Position numbers and translations under genes: made by a program. The notes beneath the pieces were generated by a model. The model did no database searches. It was not told the origin of the DNA and worked only from the letters and a program-made list of their open reading frames with translations. Positions 42,698-50,836 of a DNA stretch of 58,664 nucleotides are shown piece by piece; positions within the stretch are counted from its first letter, which is position 1, and each line of letters begins with the position of its first letter. The stretch is from a virus. Location of the stretch: positions 1 to 58,664 of the IMG/VR virus record IMGVR_UViG_3300037470_000304. One strand, 5' to 3'.

Positions 42698-43212
42698 CCA
42701 TCCACAACCCCGCCCACGAACTCACCCGCCAAGCCCAAGCCGCCCGCAATCTGCTCGCCGTGCACAAGAGCTACGTTGAGGAGGACGAAGACTTCGCCAT
42801 GGATCTGATCGAAGGCCAGACCGATCTGGTTGAGATCGTCAACGTGATGGCGGCGCAGGAGGGCGAGGACAAGGCGCAAGTCATGGCCCTGGAGCTCTAT
42901 GCCGAGAAGCTCATCGCGCGGGCACGACGCATTGATGCCCGCATCGACAAGCGCCGCAATTTGCTGCTGATGGCGCTTCAGACAGCGGGGATTACGAAGC
43001 CGATACGCGGCCCCTTCGGCACGGTAGGCCTGCGCGCTACGCCGCCCAAGCCCACCGTCACGGATGAAGCGCTGATCCCGGACGAGTTCTGGAAGACGCC
43101 CGCTCGGGTGCTGGATAAGCGCGCACTCGGCGTGGCGCTGAAGGAAGGCCGCACCATCCCCGGCGCTGAGCTGAGCAATGGCGGCGTGTCTCTTTCCATA
43201 CGCACGAACTGA
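42694..43212 (+). CDS. Gp157-like / Gam-like recombination-associated protein
   Basis: Helical N-terminus plus C-terminal ...IPDEFWKTP...DKRALGVALKEGRTIPGAELSNGGVSLSIRT pattern, upstream of recT. Start trimmed to MTIHNP. Confidence 0.45.
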   Translation: MTIHNPAHELTRQAQAARNLLAVHKSYVEEDEDFAMDLIEGQTDLVEIVNVMAAQEGEDKAQVMALELYAEKLIARARRIDARIDKRRNLLLMALQTAGITKPIRGPFGTVGLRATPPKPTVTDEALIPDEFWKTPARVLDKRALGVALKEGRTIPGAELSNGGVSLSIRTN

Positions 43213-43226
43213 GGCTGAAGGCTGAG

Positions 43227-43502
43227 ATGCGTTTCAACGGACACCGATACACCTCATGCCGCTGGTGCAGCGGAAGCGGGTGCCTCTATTGCGAGAATGA
43301 GGCTGATCAAGCATACGCGCGCGAATTCCCAGAAGGTCCGAAGCCGATCGCCACCTTCAGGCTCGACAGTCCCGCCGACATGGAACGGATGAAATCAATT
43401 TTCGGTGCCGAGGCGCTGGAACGCGCCTTCGGACCTGAAGGCGGCGGCATTGCGGAGATCGATGAGAAGCTCCGCGCCACCGATCCGAACAAGTCCAACT
43501 GA
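43227..43502 (+). CDS. Small Cys-cluster protein
   Basis: CRWCSGSGCLYC motif. Confidence 0.5.
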   Translation: MRFNGHRYTSCRWCSGSGCLYCENEADQAYAREFPEGPKPIATFRLDSPADMERMKSIFGAEALERAFGPEGGGIAEIDEKLRATDPNKSN

Positions 43503-43517
43503 CCCCGGAGCACTCCC

Positions 43518-44612
43518 ATGAACACCGTCGCCTTACACAACCCGCAGGGGCAGCAGCTTTCCGTCATCGCAGCGATGGCCAGCGATTACAACATGGACGC
43601 TGTGCTGTTCGAGGAAACGCTACGCGCCGCGATCGTGCCGAGGAACTGCACGCGCGAGGAATTCACCGTCTACCTCCTGGCGGCAAAGCAGTACAAGCTG
43701 AACCCGCTCTTGCGCGAAATCTACGCCATCCCGAAAAAGGGCGGCGGCATCCAGCCGGTCGTCAGTATCGATGGCTGGTATCACATTTGCAACGATCACC
43801 CGCAGTTCGACGGCATCGAATACGAAGACCGCTTCGATGCGGACACGTTCTTGGGTGTGACCGCTCGCATTTGGCGCAAGGATCGCTCGCGGCCGACCGT
43901 GGTGACGGAGTGGCTTGCCGAGTGCAAGATGAACACTGACAACTGGCAGAAATGGCCACGCCGGATGACGCGGCACAAGGCCGGCATCCAGTGCGCCCGC
44001 ATTGCATTCGGTTTCTCCGGCATCGTTGATCCCGATGAGGCAGAGCGCTTCACGCAACCGGAGTATGAGGAGCGCCGCCCCAGCCGCATCACGGACGCAA
44101 CGGTGCATTCCTTGCGCACCATTGATGCTCAGCCTGGCGATTTTACCCGGCAGGATGCCTCCCCGCAAACGCCTGTTGAGCCGGCCACGATCGATGCGGC
44201 GCAATACGCGCATCTGCAAGGCTTGGCTGATGAAGTTGGCGTGGATCACGCGACGATCTGCGAACGGCTCGGTGTCTCCAGCCTCGCGGAGATTCCGGCG
44301 AGCCGGTTCGAAAAACTGATCCGCAAGCTGGAGCTGACGCGCCAGACCGAACAATCCCCATCTGCGGCAGCTCCCCCGCCCGTCGCGGAAACGCCAGCCA
44401 TGCCCCCGGCTGACAATCCCCCGGTATCGGTTCCCCCCGCTGATACCGGGGGCGATATCGATCCGATCGCGGAGGCGCACGAAGCCGGCCGCGCGGCTTG
44501 CGAAGCCGGGATCGCATTCGAAGACATCCCGGCGAAATTCAGGGACCACGCCTATTGGCGCAAGGCTTACAGGGACGGCTATCAGGCGCAAGCACAGGAG
44601 ATGGGAGCGTGA
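43518..44612 (+). CDS. recT: RecT/Bet-family single-strand annealing protein
   Basis: ...LNPLLREIYAIPKKGGGIQPVVSIDGWYHI... matches the RecT/Redbeta-like core. Pro-rich C-terminal extension. Confidence 0.7.
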   Translation: MNTVALHNPQGQQLSVIAAMASDYNMDAVLFEETLRAAIVPRNCTREEFTVYLLAAKQYKLNPLLREIYAIPKKGGGIQPVVSIDGWYHICNDHPQFDGIEYEDRFDADTFLGVTARIWRKDRSRPTVVTEWLAECKMNTDNWQKWPRRMTRHKAGIQCARIAFGFSGIVDPDEAERFTQPEYEERRPSRITDATVHSLRTIDAQPGDFTRQDASPQTPVEPATIDAAQYAHLQGLADEVGVDHATICERLGVSSLAEIPASRFEKLIRKLELTRQTEQSPSAAAPPPVAETPAMPPADNPPVSVPPADTGGDIDPIAEAHEAGRAACEAGIAFEDIPAKFRDHAYWRKAYRDGYQAQAQEMGA

Positions 44613-45121
44613 GCAAGGTTTATGTCGCGTCGAGTTGGCGCAATCCGCACTACGGCGATGTCCTTCAAATACTGCGAGGTCACGGCCATGCGGTTTGGGA
44701 CTGGAGGTCGCCGCCGACCGGCGGCAACGGCTTCCGATGGCAGGACACGGCGGTCGAAGAGGTCGCCAATTACCAGCACGGCGACAAGATATCGCCGTCT
44801 GCCTGGGGCCGCCTGCTGAATACCACCGTCGCGCAGACCGGCTTCGCCTCTGACCTCGCTGGCATGAGCTGGTGCGACGTCGGCGTCTTGCTCCACCCTT
44901 GCGGCCGCAGCGCCCATCTCGAAGCCGGATGGATCGCCGGTCGCGGCAAGACGGTGCATGTGCTGGCGCTCGAAGATGTCGAGCCAGACCTGACGGTGCT
45001 GGCGCTCAATGGCGGGATATGCGGCAGCATAGGCGAGCTTGTGCATGTGCTTGGGGTGGCGGCTTGGCAGGAAGCCCATGCGGATGAAGGGGAGAAGATG
45101 GAAGCGGAGGCGAGACAGTGA
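44609..45121 (+). CDS. Nucleoside 2-deoxyribosyltransferase-like (SLOG-clade) protein
   Basis: GTG start overlapping the recT stop. KVYVASSWRN...GHAVWDW...HLEAGWIAGRGKTV pattern. Confidence 0.4.
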   Translation: MSKVYVASSWRNPHYGDVLQILRGHGHAVWDWRSPPTGGNGFRWQDTAVEEVANYQHGDKISPSAWGRLLNTTVAQTGFASDLAGMSWCDVGVLLHPCGRSAHLEAGWIAGRGKTVHVLALEDVEPDLTVLALNGGICGSIGELVHVLGVAAWQEAHADEGEKMEAEARQ

Positions 45122-45333
45122 AAGCAAAAGACCGCCAATTAGCCCGCGCATGGTTCGCCTCCGGAAGATTGTTCGAGGCGACCTGCGAGCGATGCGGCTG
45201 TCGCATCGTCGAGATGGCAGAGAAATGCACTGCTGATCTTGCTGACCCTTGCCCCGGCTTCAACGCTGTCGAAGTGGCCCACACAGAATTTGAGCAGAAC
45301 TTCAAGCTGATCACCACGGGCCGCACCGAATGA
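45118..45333 (+). CDS. Hypothetical protein
   Basis: Coupled 71-aa ORF. Confidence 0.5.
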   Translation: MKAKDRQLARAWFASGRLFEATCERCGCRIVEMAEKCTADLADPCPGFNAVEVAHTEFEQNFKLITTGRTE

Positions 45334-45899
45334 CCGACATCCGCATCTCCAAGGCACGCATCAAGGACGGCCAGCTCCATGTCGAGCTGGAGGGCATGGA
45401 GAACGACGTCGAGCGCAAGACGTCGCTCAAATCCCACGACGGCTTCCACCCCGATCTGCAAGCCGCGTTCGACGCGCTGTGCCCCAGCGTGCGCGAAATC
45501 CTGGAATGGCCGGGCAACCTCTATCCGGAACTGCGCGTCACGTGCGTTTCCTGGAGCCACAGCGAGAACACCGGCGTCGAAGGCGCGGTGCTCGTATGCC
45601 AGTCCCCGCTTGAGAGCTGCACGTCGCCGTTCTGCTTCAACACCCCGCATCTGCCGTTCGCGCAATACAACGAAGACGGCAATGCGCCGCTGATGCCGGA
45701 TGGGGCACAGGATGGGCTGAACGCGCTGCGGCGCGAGGTGCAGGCCTATATCGACGGCAAGCGGGCGCAGTTGGATTTGTTCGACATCGGCAATTTGTCC
45801 GGGCCGTATCCGGTCGAGGAGCGCATCGAACAACTCGGCAAGGCGCACGGGATGCCGAAGTCGGTGATCGATGCGACCAAACGGGAGTATGCGCGGTGA
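45330..45899 (+). CDS. Hypothetical protein
   Basis: Coupled 189-aa ORF. Confidence 0.5.
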   Translation: MTDIRISKARIKDGQLHVELEGMENDVERKTSLKSHDGFHPDLQAAFDALCPSVREILEWPGNLYPELRVTCVSWSHSENTGVEGAVLVCQSPLESCTSPFCFNTPHLPFAQYNEDGNAPLMPDGAQDGLNALRREVQAYIDGKRAQLDLFDIGNLSGPYPVEERIEQLGKAHGMPKSVIDATKREYAR

Positions 45900-46141
45900 C
45901 CAACCTCGATTTCGACGCCTTCATCCGCGAGCGCGACGAAGCCCTGCTTTCTCTCGACCGCGAAAAAATCGAGGCGTACATGCGCAAATACGAATGCCCC
46001 ATCGCCAGGAACGACGAACTGTTCTGGGCAGGCGTCCACAAAGCGCGAACCGCGATCTCGACGTTTCCCGAGGATGAACGGAAGAAATCGCGCGAGTGGC
46101 TTGCCGAACGCGGACTCCAGCATATGGGTGATGAGCAGTGA
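45896..46141 (+). CDS. Hypothetical protein
   Basis: Coupled 81-aa ORF. Confidence 0.5.
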   Translation: MTNLDFDAFIRERDEALLSLDREKIEAYMRKYECPIARNDELFWAGVHKARTAISTFPEDERKKSREWLAERGLQHMGDEQ

Positions 46142-46437
46142 CCCTCATCCCCACCCCCGAGCTCGCCAAGGCCATCACTGCCGTCGTCATGGAAACCATC
46201 GAGCGGCAGGGAACCATATCAAGCGTTGCATTGGATGAGGCGGTTCTGCGTGAGCTGCTGTTTCGGAATGCGACGGCGGGCATGAGCAAGGCCGGCGCGG
46301 ATGATGAGATCACCGCATGTTCAGCGCATCTGATCCGCCTGCTCTTTTCCAAGCTCACCTTCGGGACCCTGCCACAGGAAGTCGTGCTAGCTATCGGTGC
46401 CTTGCATGACCGGCTGCTTCAAAAGGGGCTGCTATGA
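46138..46437 (+). CDS. Hypothetical protein
   Basis: Coupled 99-aa ORF. Confidence 0.5.
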   Translation: MTLIPTPELAKAITAVVMETIERQGTISSVALDEAVLRELLFRNATAGMSKAGADDEITACSAHLIRLLFSKLTFGTLPQEVVLAIGALHDRLLQKGLL

Positions 46438-46886
46438 CCATCCTCGCTCTCGATCTCGGCACGACAACCGGCTGGGCGCTCCAGGGGACGCCGATCCTAT
46501 ACGGTGTCTGGAACCTGAAGGGCGGGCGCTATGAAGGCGGCGGCATGCGCTTTGTCCGATTCCGCCACCACCTTGAAACGATGCATCACATCCATCCGAT
46601 CACCTGCATCGCCTATGAGGAGGTCCGCCGGCACATGGGCGTCGATGCCGCGCACATCTATGGCGGCTTGCAGGCGGTGCTGACGAGCTGGTGCGAGTCC
46701 GAGAAAATCCCATACGCATCGACGCCGGTCGGAACCATCAAGAAATTCGCCACGGGCAAAGGCAACGCCGGAAAACCGGAGATGCTGAAAGCCATCCGCG
46801 CCAAGGGCTACAAGCCGGCGGACGACAACGAGGCCGACGCCCTGGCGCTGCTGCTCTGCGTGATGGGGGAAAGGAAAGCGGCATGA
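46434..46886 (+). CDS. ruvC: RuvC-like Holliday junction resolvase
   Basis: ILALDLGTTTGWAL, AYEEV and DDNEADALALL acidic catalytic motifs. Confidence 0.75.
   Translation: MTILALDLGTTTGWALQGTPILYGVWNLKGGRYEGGGMRFVRFRHHLETMHHIHPITCIAYEEVRRHMGVDAAHIYGGLQAVLTSWCESEKIPYASTPVGTIKKFATGKGNAGKPEMLKAIRAKGYKPADDNEADALALLLCVMGERKAA
46860..46886 (+). repeat. 27-bp gene-junction repeat, copy 1
   Basis: gtgatgggggaaaggaaagcggcatga, identical to 47102-47128. Confidence 0.9.
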
Positions 46887-47128
46887 TCCGAAGCAGCAAG
46901 CTCATCCAGGTCTGCGACAAATGCCTGACGGCCGCGTGTTGGTATGGCGAGTTCATGTGCGACGACGCGCGCACAGCCGGAACTGTGGCGGCGCGCGTCG
47001 GCGATCTCCGCAAGCTCAACCGTGAGCATCCCGATTACTGGTCAGCCAAGAAGCTGACCGAAATCTATGGAGAGAGCGCGCCGGACTTTTCTCATCTGCA
47101 TGTGATGGGGGAAAGGAAAGCGGCATGA
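46883..47128 (+). CDS. Hypothetical 81-aa Cys-containing protein bracketed by the 27-bp repeat
   Basis: MIRSSKLIQVCDKCLTAACW... ends in VMGERKAA, as RuvC does. Confidence 0.5.
   Translation: MIRSSKLIQVCDKCLTAACWYGEFMCDDARTAGTVAARVGDLRKLNREHPDYWSAKKLTEIYGESAPDFSHLHVMGERKAA
47102..47128 (+). repeat. 27-bp gene-junction repeat, copy 2
   Basis: Identical to 46860-46886. Confidence 0.9.
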
Positions 47129-47493
47129 GCACCGATGCGGAACTGATAGAGCAGCTTCACCATGCCGCGAAAGAGCGGTATGGCGACATGGAGCCGTGGG
47201 ATTCGCAAACCCTGGAGATCAGGGCCGCCGACCGCATCGCCGCCCTCATTGCAGAGCGGGACAGGCTGAAAGAGGCGCTGGCGGCAGCGAAAGTAGAGAT
47301 TGAATGGTGGGTGCAGGAGCATTCCTGCTGCCTAGGTCACGAAAATGATGTCATGGCGCAAATGCGCATCGCCCTCTCCTCCACACAGGAGAAGGCCACC
47401 GCTACCTGCGAGTATTGCGGACAGGCAACGGCGGATGGTCTGCCGGCCATCTGCATGAAGTGCTATGCCGCCGCCTGTGAGAACGCGCCATGA
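47125..47493 (+). CDS. Hypothetical protein
   Basis: 122-aa coiled-coil ORF with C-terminal CEYCG...CMKC. Confidence 0.5.
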   Translation: MSTDAELIEQLHHAAKERYGDMEPWDSQTLEIRAADRIAALIAERDRLKEALAAAKVEIEWWVQEHSCCLGHENDVMAQMRIALSSTQEKATATCEYCGQATADGLPAICMKCYAAACENAP

Positions 47494-47542
47494 TCCTCCG
47501 CCACATGGTGGCGTCGGTGCTGCGGATGGTGTTCGGGAGGGG

Positions 47543-47755
47543 ATGATGATCTTCGCGAACACCATGCTCAAGAAATTGCGCGATGCGGTTGCCGAAGCTG
47601 GCAGCCAGAAGGCATGGGCGGCCAAGCACGGTGTCTCCACGCAATACGTCAACGATTGTCTGAAGGGTCGGCGCGAAATCGGCCGGGCAATTTCCGAACC
47701 GCTCGGCTATCGCCCAGTGACGGTCTATCTGACGCTTCGTGAAGATGCAGGATGA
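47543..47755 (+). CDS. Cro/YdaS-like HTH protein
   Basis: RBS gggagggg. SQKAWAAKHGVSTQYVNDCLKGRR. Start trimmed within the track ORF. Confidence 0.5.
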   Translation: MMIFANTMLKKLRDAVAEAGSQKAWAAKHGVSTQYVNDCLKGRREIGRAISEPLGYRPVTVYLTLREDAG

Positions 47756-48186
47756 TCCGCCGCGACCCCAACCTCACCGAAAAGCTGGCCAGCGTGCTCC
47801 TGCTGCTGAAGGTCGGCAACGAATGGCTGATCCCGGAGCCGCTCCGCTCAACCGGAAGCGCGGCTCAGATAGCGGCCACGGTCGAGTTCGACCACGATCC
47901 CATCCCCTACGCCAATGGCGGGACAACAGCGCCGCAGAATCTGACGCCGCGCTCGATAGCCGCCCATGCGGAGAAAACCGCGACGATCGATCTCCCCCGG
48001 ATCGCCAAGGGCAAGCGCCTGGAGCGCACGCATGAAGAGTTCCGCAGGCTGCTGCTGCGCAAGATCGGCCAGGGGCTGGACGCCGAAGCCGCCCGGTGCA
48101 AGCGGGGTAGGCGGCTGCCATGTGGCAAGGACAGCGGGTGGAAGAAGCCGATGAATGGGAATGCTGTGAGGAGGGTGAAGACGTGA
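47752..48186 (+). CDS. HNH-like endonuclease
   Basis: VEFDHDPIPYANGGTTAPQNLTPRSIAAHAEKT resembles an HNH core. Confidence 0.5.
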   Translation: MIRRDPNLTEKLASVLLLLKVGNEWLIPEPLRSTGSAAQIAATVEFDHDPIPYANGGTTAPQNLTPRSIAAHAEKTATIDLPRIAKGKRLERTHEEFRRLLLRKIGQGLDAEAARCKRGRRLPCGKDSGWKKPMNGNAVRRVKT

Positions 48187-48196
48187 GCGAGCCTGA
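48178..48196 (+). repeat. 19-bp direct repeat, copy 1
   Basis: aagacgtgagcgagcctga, identical to 48754-48772. Confidence 0.9.
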
Positions 48197-48469
48197 ATGG
48201 AGAATTTCATGTTGAACGTAAATCTGTGCGAGACCGAGGAGGATCGGTTACATCAGGCAATGGCAGCACTTCAGGCTGCCGCATATGATCCAATTCGTAT
48301 GCCGGCGAACTGGCTGTGCGATCCGACCACACTCTCCCCAATGGCGTACGACCGGCTAAGAGCGCTCACCTTGGTGGCGATTGCGGCTGTGCCAGGCGGA
48401 ACCGACGAGGCCGCTGCGATGGCCTTCCTGAAAGCTGTATCCGTCTACAGAGATAGTCTCGTCAGTTGA
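48197..48469 (+). CDS. Hypothetical 90-aa protein (cassette gene 1)
   Basis: AT-richer ORF. No toxin family recognised. Confidence 0.45.
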   Translation: MENFMLNVNLCETEEDRLHQAMAALQAAAYDPIRMPANWLCDPTTLSPMAYDRLRALTLVAIAAVPGGTDEAAAMAFLKAVSVYRDSLVS

Positions 48470-48762
48470 CCCGCATCATCAACGCTGGGGCCGTGAGCGA
48501 TCCCATTGAAGCAATCGAAAAGCTGATGGAGCGGCGTGGCTGGACGCGCCAGCACCTGATGCCTGCCTTCGGCGGCTTGTCCAGCAGGATGGCCGAAGCC
48601 ATGAATCGCAAGCGCCCGCTATCGCTCAGCCAAATCCGCTGTCTCGTCTTCAACTACGGCTTGAACGCTGAGGTCATGATCCAATGGTACCCGACTGAAG
48701 CGCAGCCTCTGCGGCCCACTGATGTCTTTGAAGTTATTCGCAACGCAGGAGTAAAGACGTGA
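48466..48762 (+). CDS. HigA2-type (COG5499-like) HTH antitoxin-like protein
   Basis: GWTRQHLMPAFGGLSSRMAEAMNRKRPLSLSQIRCLVFNYGLNAEVMI fits the pattern of HTH antitoxins ending ...KR.LS...IR.L. Confidence 0.55.
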   Translation: MTRIINAGAVSDPIEAIEKLMERRGWTRQHLMPAFGGLSSRMAEAMNRKRPLSLSQIRCLVFNYGLNAEVMIQWYPTEAQPLRPTDVFEVIRNAGVKT

Positions 48763-48772
48763 GCGAGCCTGA
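48754..48772 (+). repeat. 19-bp direct repeat, copy 2 (contains the GTG start of 48759..49451)
   Basis: Identical to 48178-48196. Confidence 0.9.
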
Positions 48773-49451
48773 GAATCTGACGCCGGCGCATCTGCTTTGC
48801 GCAGTTGCCGCATCCTGCCCCTCCATCTACCGCCTGGGAGATGGGAAGCTGCTTGTGGTGGGGAAGCGCGATGTTGATTGCCTCTACCTGCGCAATGTCG
48901 CCATCGGGGACGATGAGCAGGCCGTCATCATCTCCCCTGACCTCCTCGACAGCCTGAAGGCTGAGTGGGCGCGGGAGGCGATAGGCCAAGCGGCTAGTGG
49001 AGTGACCAGCAATCGCATCAGACGACTGCGGCGCACACCGCTTTACTACAGCCATGGCGGCGAGGCCGATGCCCTCACCGACGAAATCGCCGACGCCCTG
49101 GAAGCCTCCCAGGCTGAAGTGGAAAGGCTGAGAGAAGCGCTGACACTCAGGCCAATGAATACGGCGCCGAAGGAAGACCGGGCAATCATCTGGGCCAAGT
49201 TCAAAGACGACATGGCGCCATATAACGGCCGGACGGACCAACCGGATTGGCATACGCGCTGGCAAGGGCGGTGGGCGCCCGTGCGGCATGAGGGGATCAC
49301 CCATCCCGGCGGATACGACATGGGCTGGTCTATTGCATTGCCGGTTAGGCATGTCGGCCTGTCTGACGAATGGTTTGAGGGATGGCTTCCGCTGCCGGCC
49401 CGCGCCGTTCTCTCCTCCCCCGTGCAGAAGGATAAGGAGCCGCAGGCATGA
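48759..49451 (+). CDS. Hypothetical protein
   Basis: 230-aa ORF with a GTG start inside the repeat. Confidence 0.5.
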   Translation: MSEPENLTPAHLLCAVAASCPSIYRLGDGKLLVVGKRDVDCLYLRNVAIGDDEQAVIISPDLLDSLKAEWAREAIGQAASGVTSNRIRRLRRTPLYYSHGGEADALTDEIADALEASQAEVERLREALTLRPMNTAPKEDRAIIWAKFKDDMAPYNGRTDQPDWHTRWQGRWAPVRHEGITHPGGYDMGWSIALPVRHVGLSDEWFEGWLPLPARAVLSSPVQKDKEPQA

Positions 49452-49834
49452 GCCCCCTCATCACCCACTTGCGAAGCGCGGCTAAAGCCTGCGCCAGCGG
49501 CTATGAAGTCTCGCTCTCCATCAAGGAGGTGCGGGAGATCGTGGGGATGCTGGAGAGATGGGTCGCCATCAAATCACTGGATGATTTGCCGAAAAAGCAG
49601 ACGAACCGCTACGAACAATACGACTGCCTCGTCTACCACAAGGGCGAGGTCAAGCATCTCGTCTGGAATTGCGAGCATGTCTGCTGGGACGAGCGAACCG
49701 GCGATGATTTTTACTGCGATCCGCTGGAGCCTACGCACTACATGCTGTTCCCGGAGCATCCATCCCCGCCATCCGAGGTCGCCGAATTCGTCGGCCTCCT
49801 GGAGAACACACCCAAACCGAGTGGAGAGATTTGA
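49448..49834 (+). CDS. Hypothetical protein
   Basis: Coupled 128-aa ORF. Confidence 0.5.
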   Translation: MSPLITHLRSAAKACASGYEVSLSIKEVREIVGMLERWVAIKSLDDLPKKQTNRYEQYDCLVYHKGEVKHLVWNCEHVCWDERTGDDFYCDPLEPTHYMLFPEHPSPPSEVAEFVGLLENTPKPSGEI

Positions 49835-50190
49835 TGGGGACGCATCCAAATACAATTCTAATGGTCGTTCTCACGCCGGACGACTTAGCGCGCAAAACGC
49901 ACCGCGCCATCATGGTTGATGCTGGGATCAAAGATCCAGACGACCACATCAAAATCGGGGCACATGACTATACCCACGAAGTCATGGAAACAGACTATGA
50001 AGACGAGGTCCAGATATCTGCCCCCGAAGGCTCCATCGTGTTTCTCGATTACGTCACATATGGCTATGGCGAAACTGTCGAATGGGACGCCTTGCAGGCG
50101 CAAAAAGATGAATTGGAAGCCTGGGCAACGGGTATCTGTGAACGGCATAAATGCTCGTACAAAATCTATGTGACGGCGAATTACTGGTGA
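49831..50190 (+). CDS. Hypothetical acidic protein
   Basis: Coupled 119-aa ORF, AT-richer. Confidence 0.5.
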   Translation: MMGTHPNTILMVVLTPDDLARKTHRAIMVDAGIKDPDDHIKIGAHDYTHEVMETDYEDEVQISAPEGSIVFLDYVTYGYGETVEWDALQAQKDELEAWATGICERHKCSYKIYVTANYW

Positions 50191-50213
50191 CGGCCGTAGC
50201 TGCGTGGCGAACG

Positions 50214-50558
50214 ATGAGAGTCCTGGTCTGTGGCGGAAGAGACTTCAGCGATCGCGACCTTCTTTTCCGGACGCTGGATGATCTCCGCCGCGAACAGGTC
50301 GTCAACGTAATCATCGAGGGAAACGCTTCTGGAGCAGATCGCCTCGCGGGTTATTGGGCACGCAAGCACCACATCAAGAACAAGAAGTTCCCGGCCGATT
50401 GGGAGAAAAACGGCAAGGCCGCCGGTCCCATCCGCAACGCCCGCATGATCGCCGAGGGCAAGCCCGATCTGGTGATTGCCTTTCCCGGCGGTGAAGGCAC
50501 CGCAAACATGATCGCCCAAGCCAAAGAGGCTGGGATAGACGTTGTCGAAGTCAGTTGA
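50214..50558 (+). CDS. DUF2493 (SLOG-family) protein
   Basis: RVLVCGGRDF...GNASGADRLAGYWA...AGPIRNARMI...FPGGEGTANMI pattern. Start trimmed to MRVLV. Confidence 0.65.
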   Translation: MRVLVCGGRDFSDRDLLFRTLDDLRREQVVNVIIEGNASGADRLAGYWARKHHIKNKKFPADWEKNGKAAGPIRNARMIAEGKPDLVIAFPGGEGTANMIAQAKEAGIDVVEVS

Positions 50559-50569
50559 GTGAGTGAGTT

Positions 50570-50836
50570 ATGTCCGCAGCCGCGCTGAAGCCCCGTGATG
50601 TCGTCCTGCCGCTGTTGTCGCTCGCGCCACGGGGCTTGCGCCGTGTCGAGGCGGCGGCCTATATCGGCGTCAGCCCGTCGTCGTTCGACGCGATGATCGC
50701 CGAAGGGGTGATGCCTAAGCCCAAACGCTGGGGGGGGCGGGTGATATGGGATCGACACATGCTCGATGAATTCTTCGCCGCCATGCCTTGTGATGACGAC
50801 AAACCGCGCCGCAGCCTTTGCGACGAAATCGCATGA
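50570..50836 (+). CDS. xis: Excisionase/AlpA-like HTH protein
   Basis: AAAYIGVSPSSFDAMIAEGVMPKP...WDRHMLDEFF, immediately upstream of int. Confidence 0.55.
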   Translation: MSAAALKPRDVVLPLLSLAPRGLRRVEAAAYIGVSPSSFDAMIAEGVMPKPKRWGGRVIWDRHMLDEFFAAMPCDDDKPRRSLCDEIA

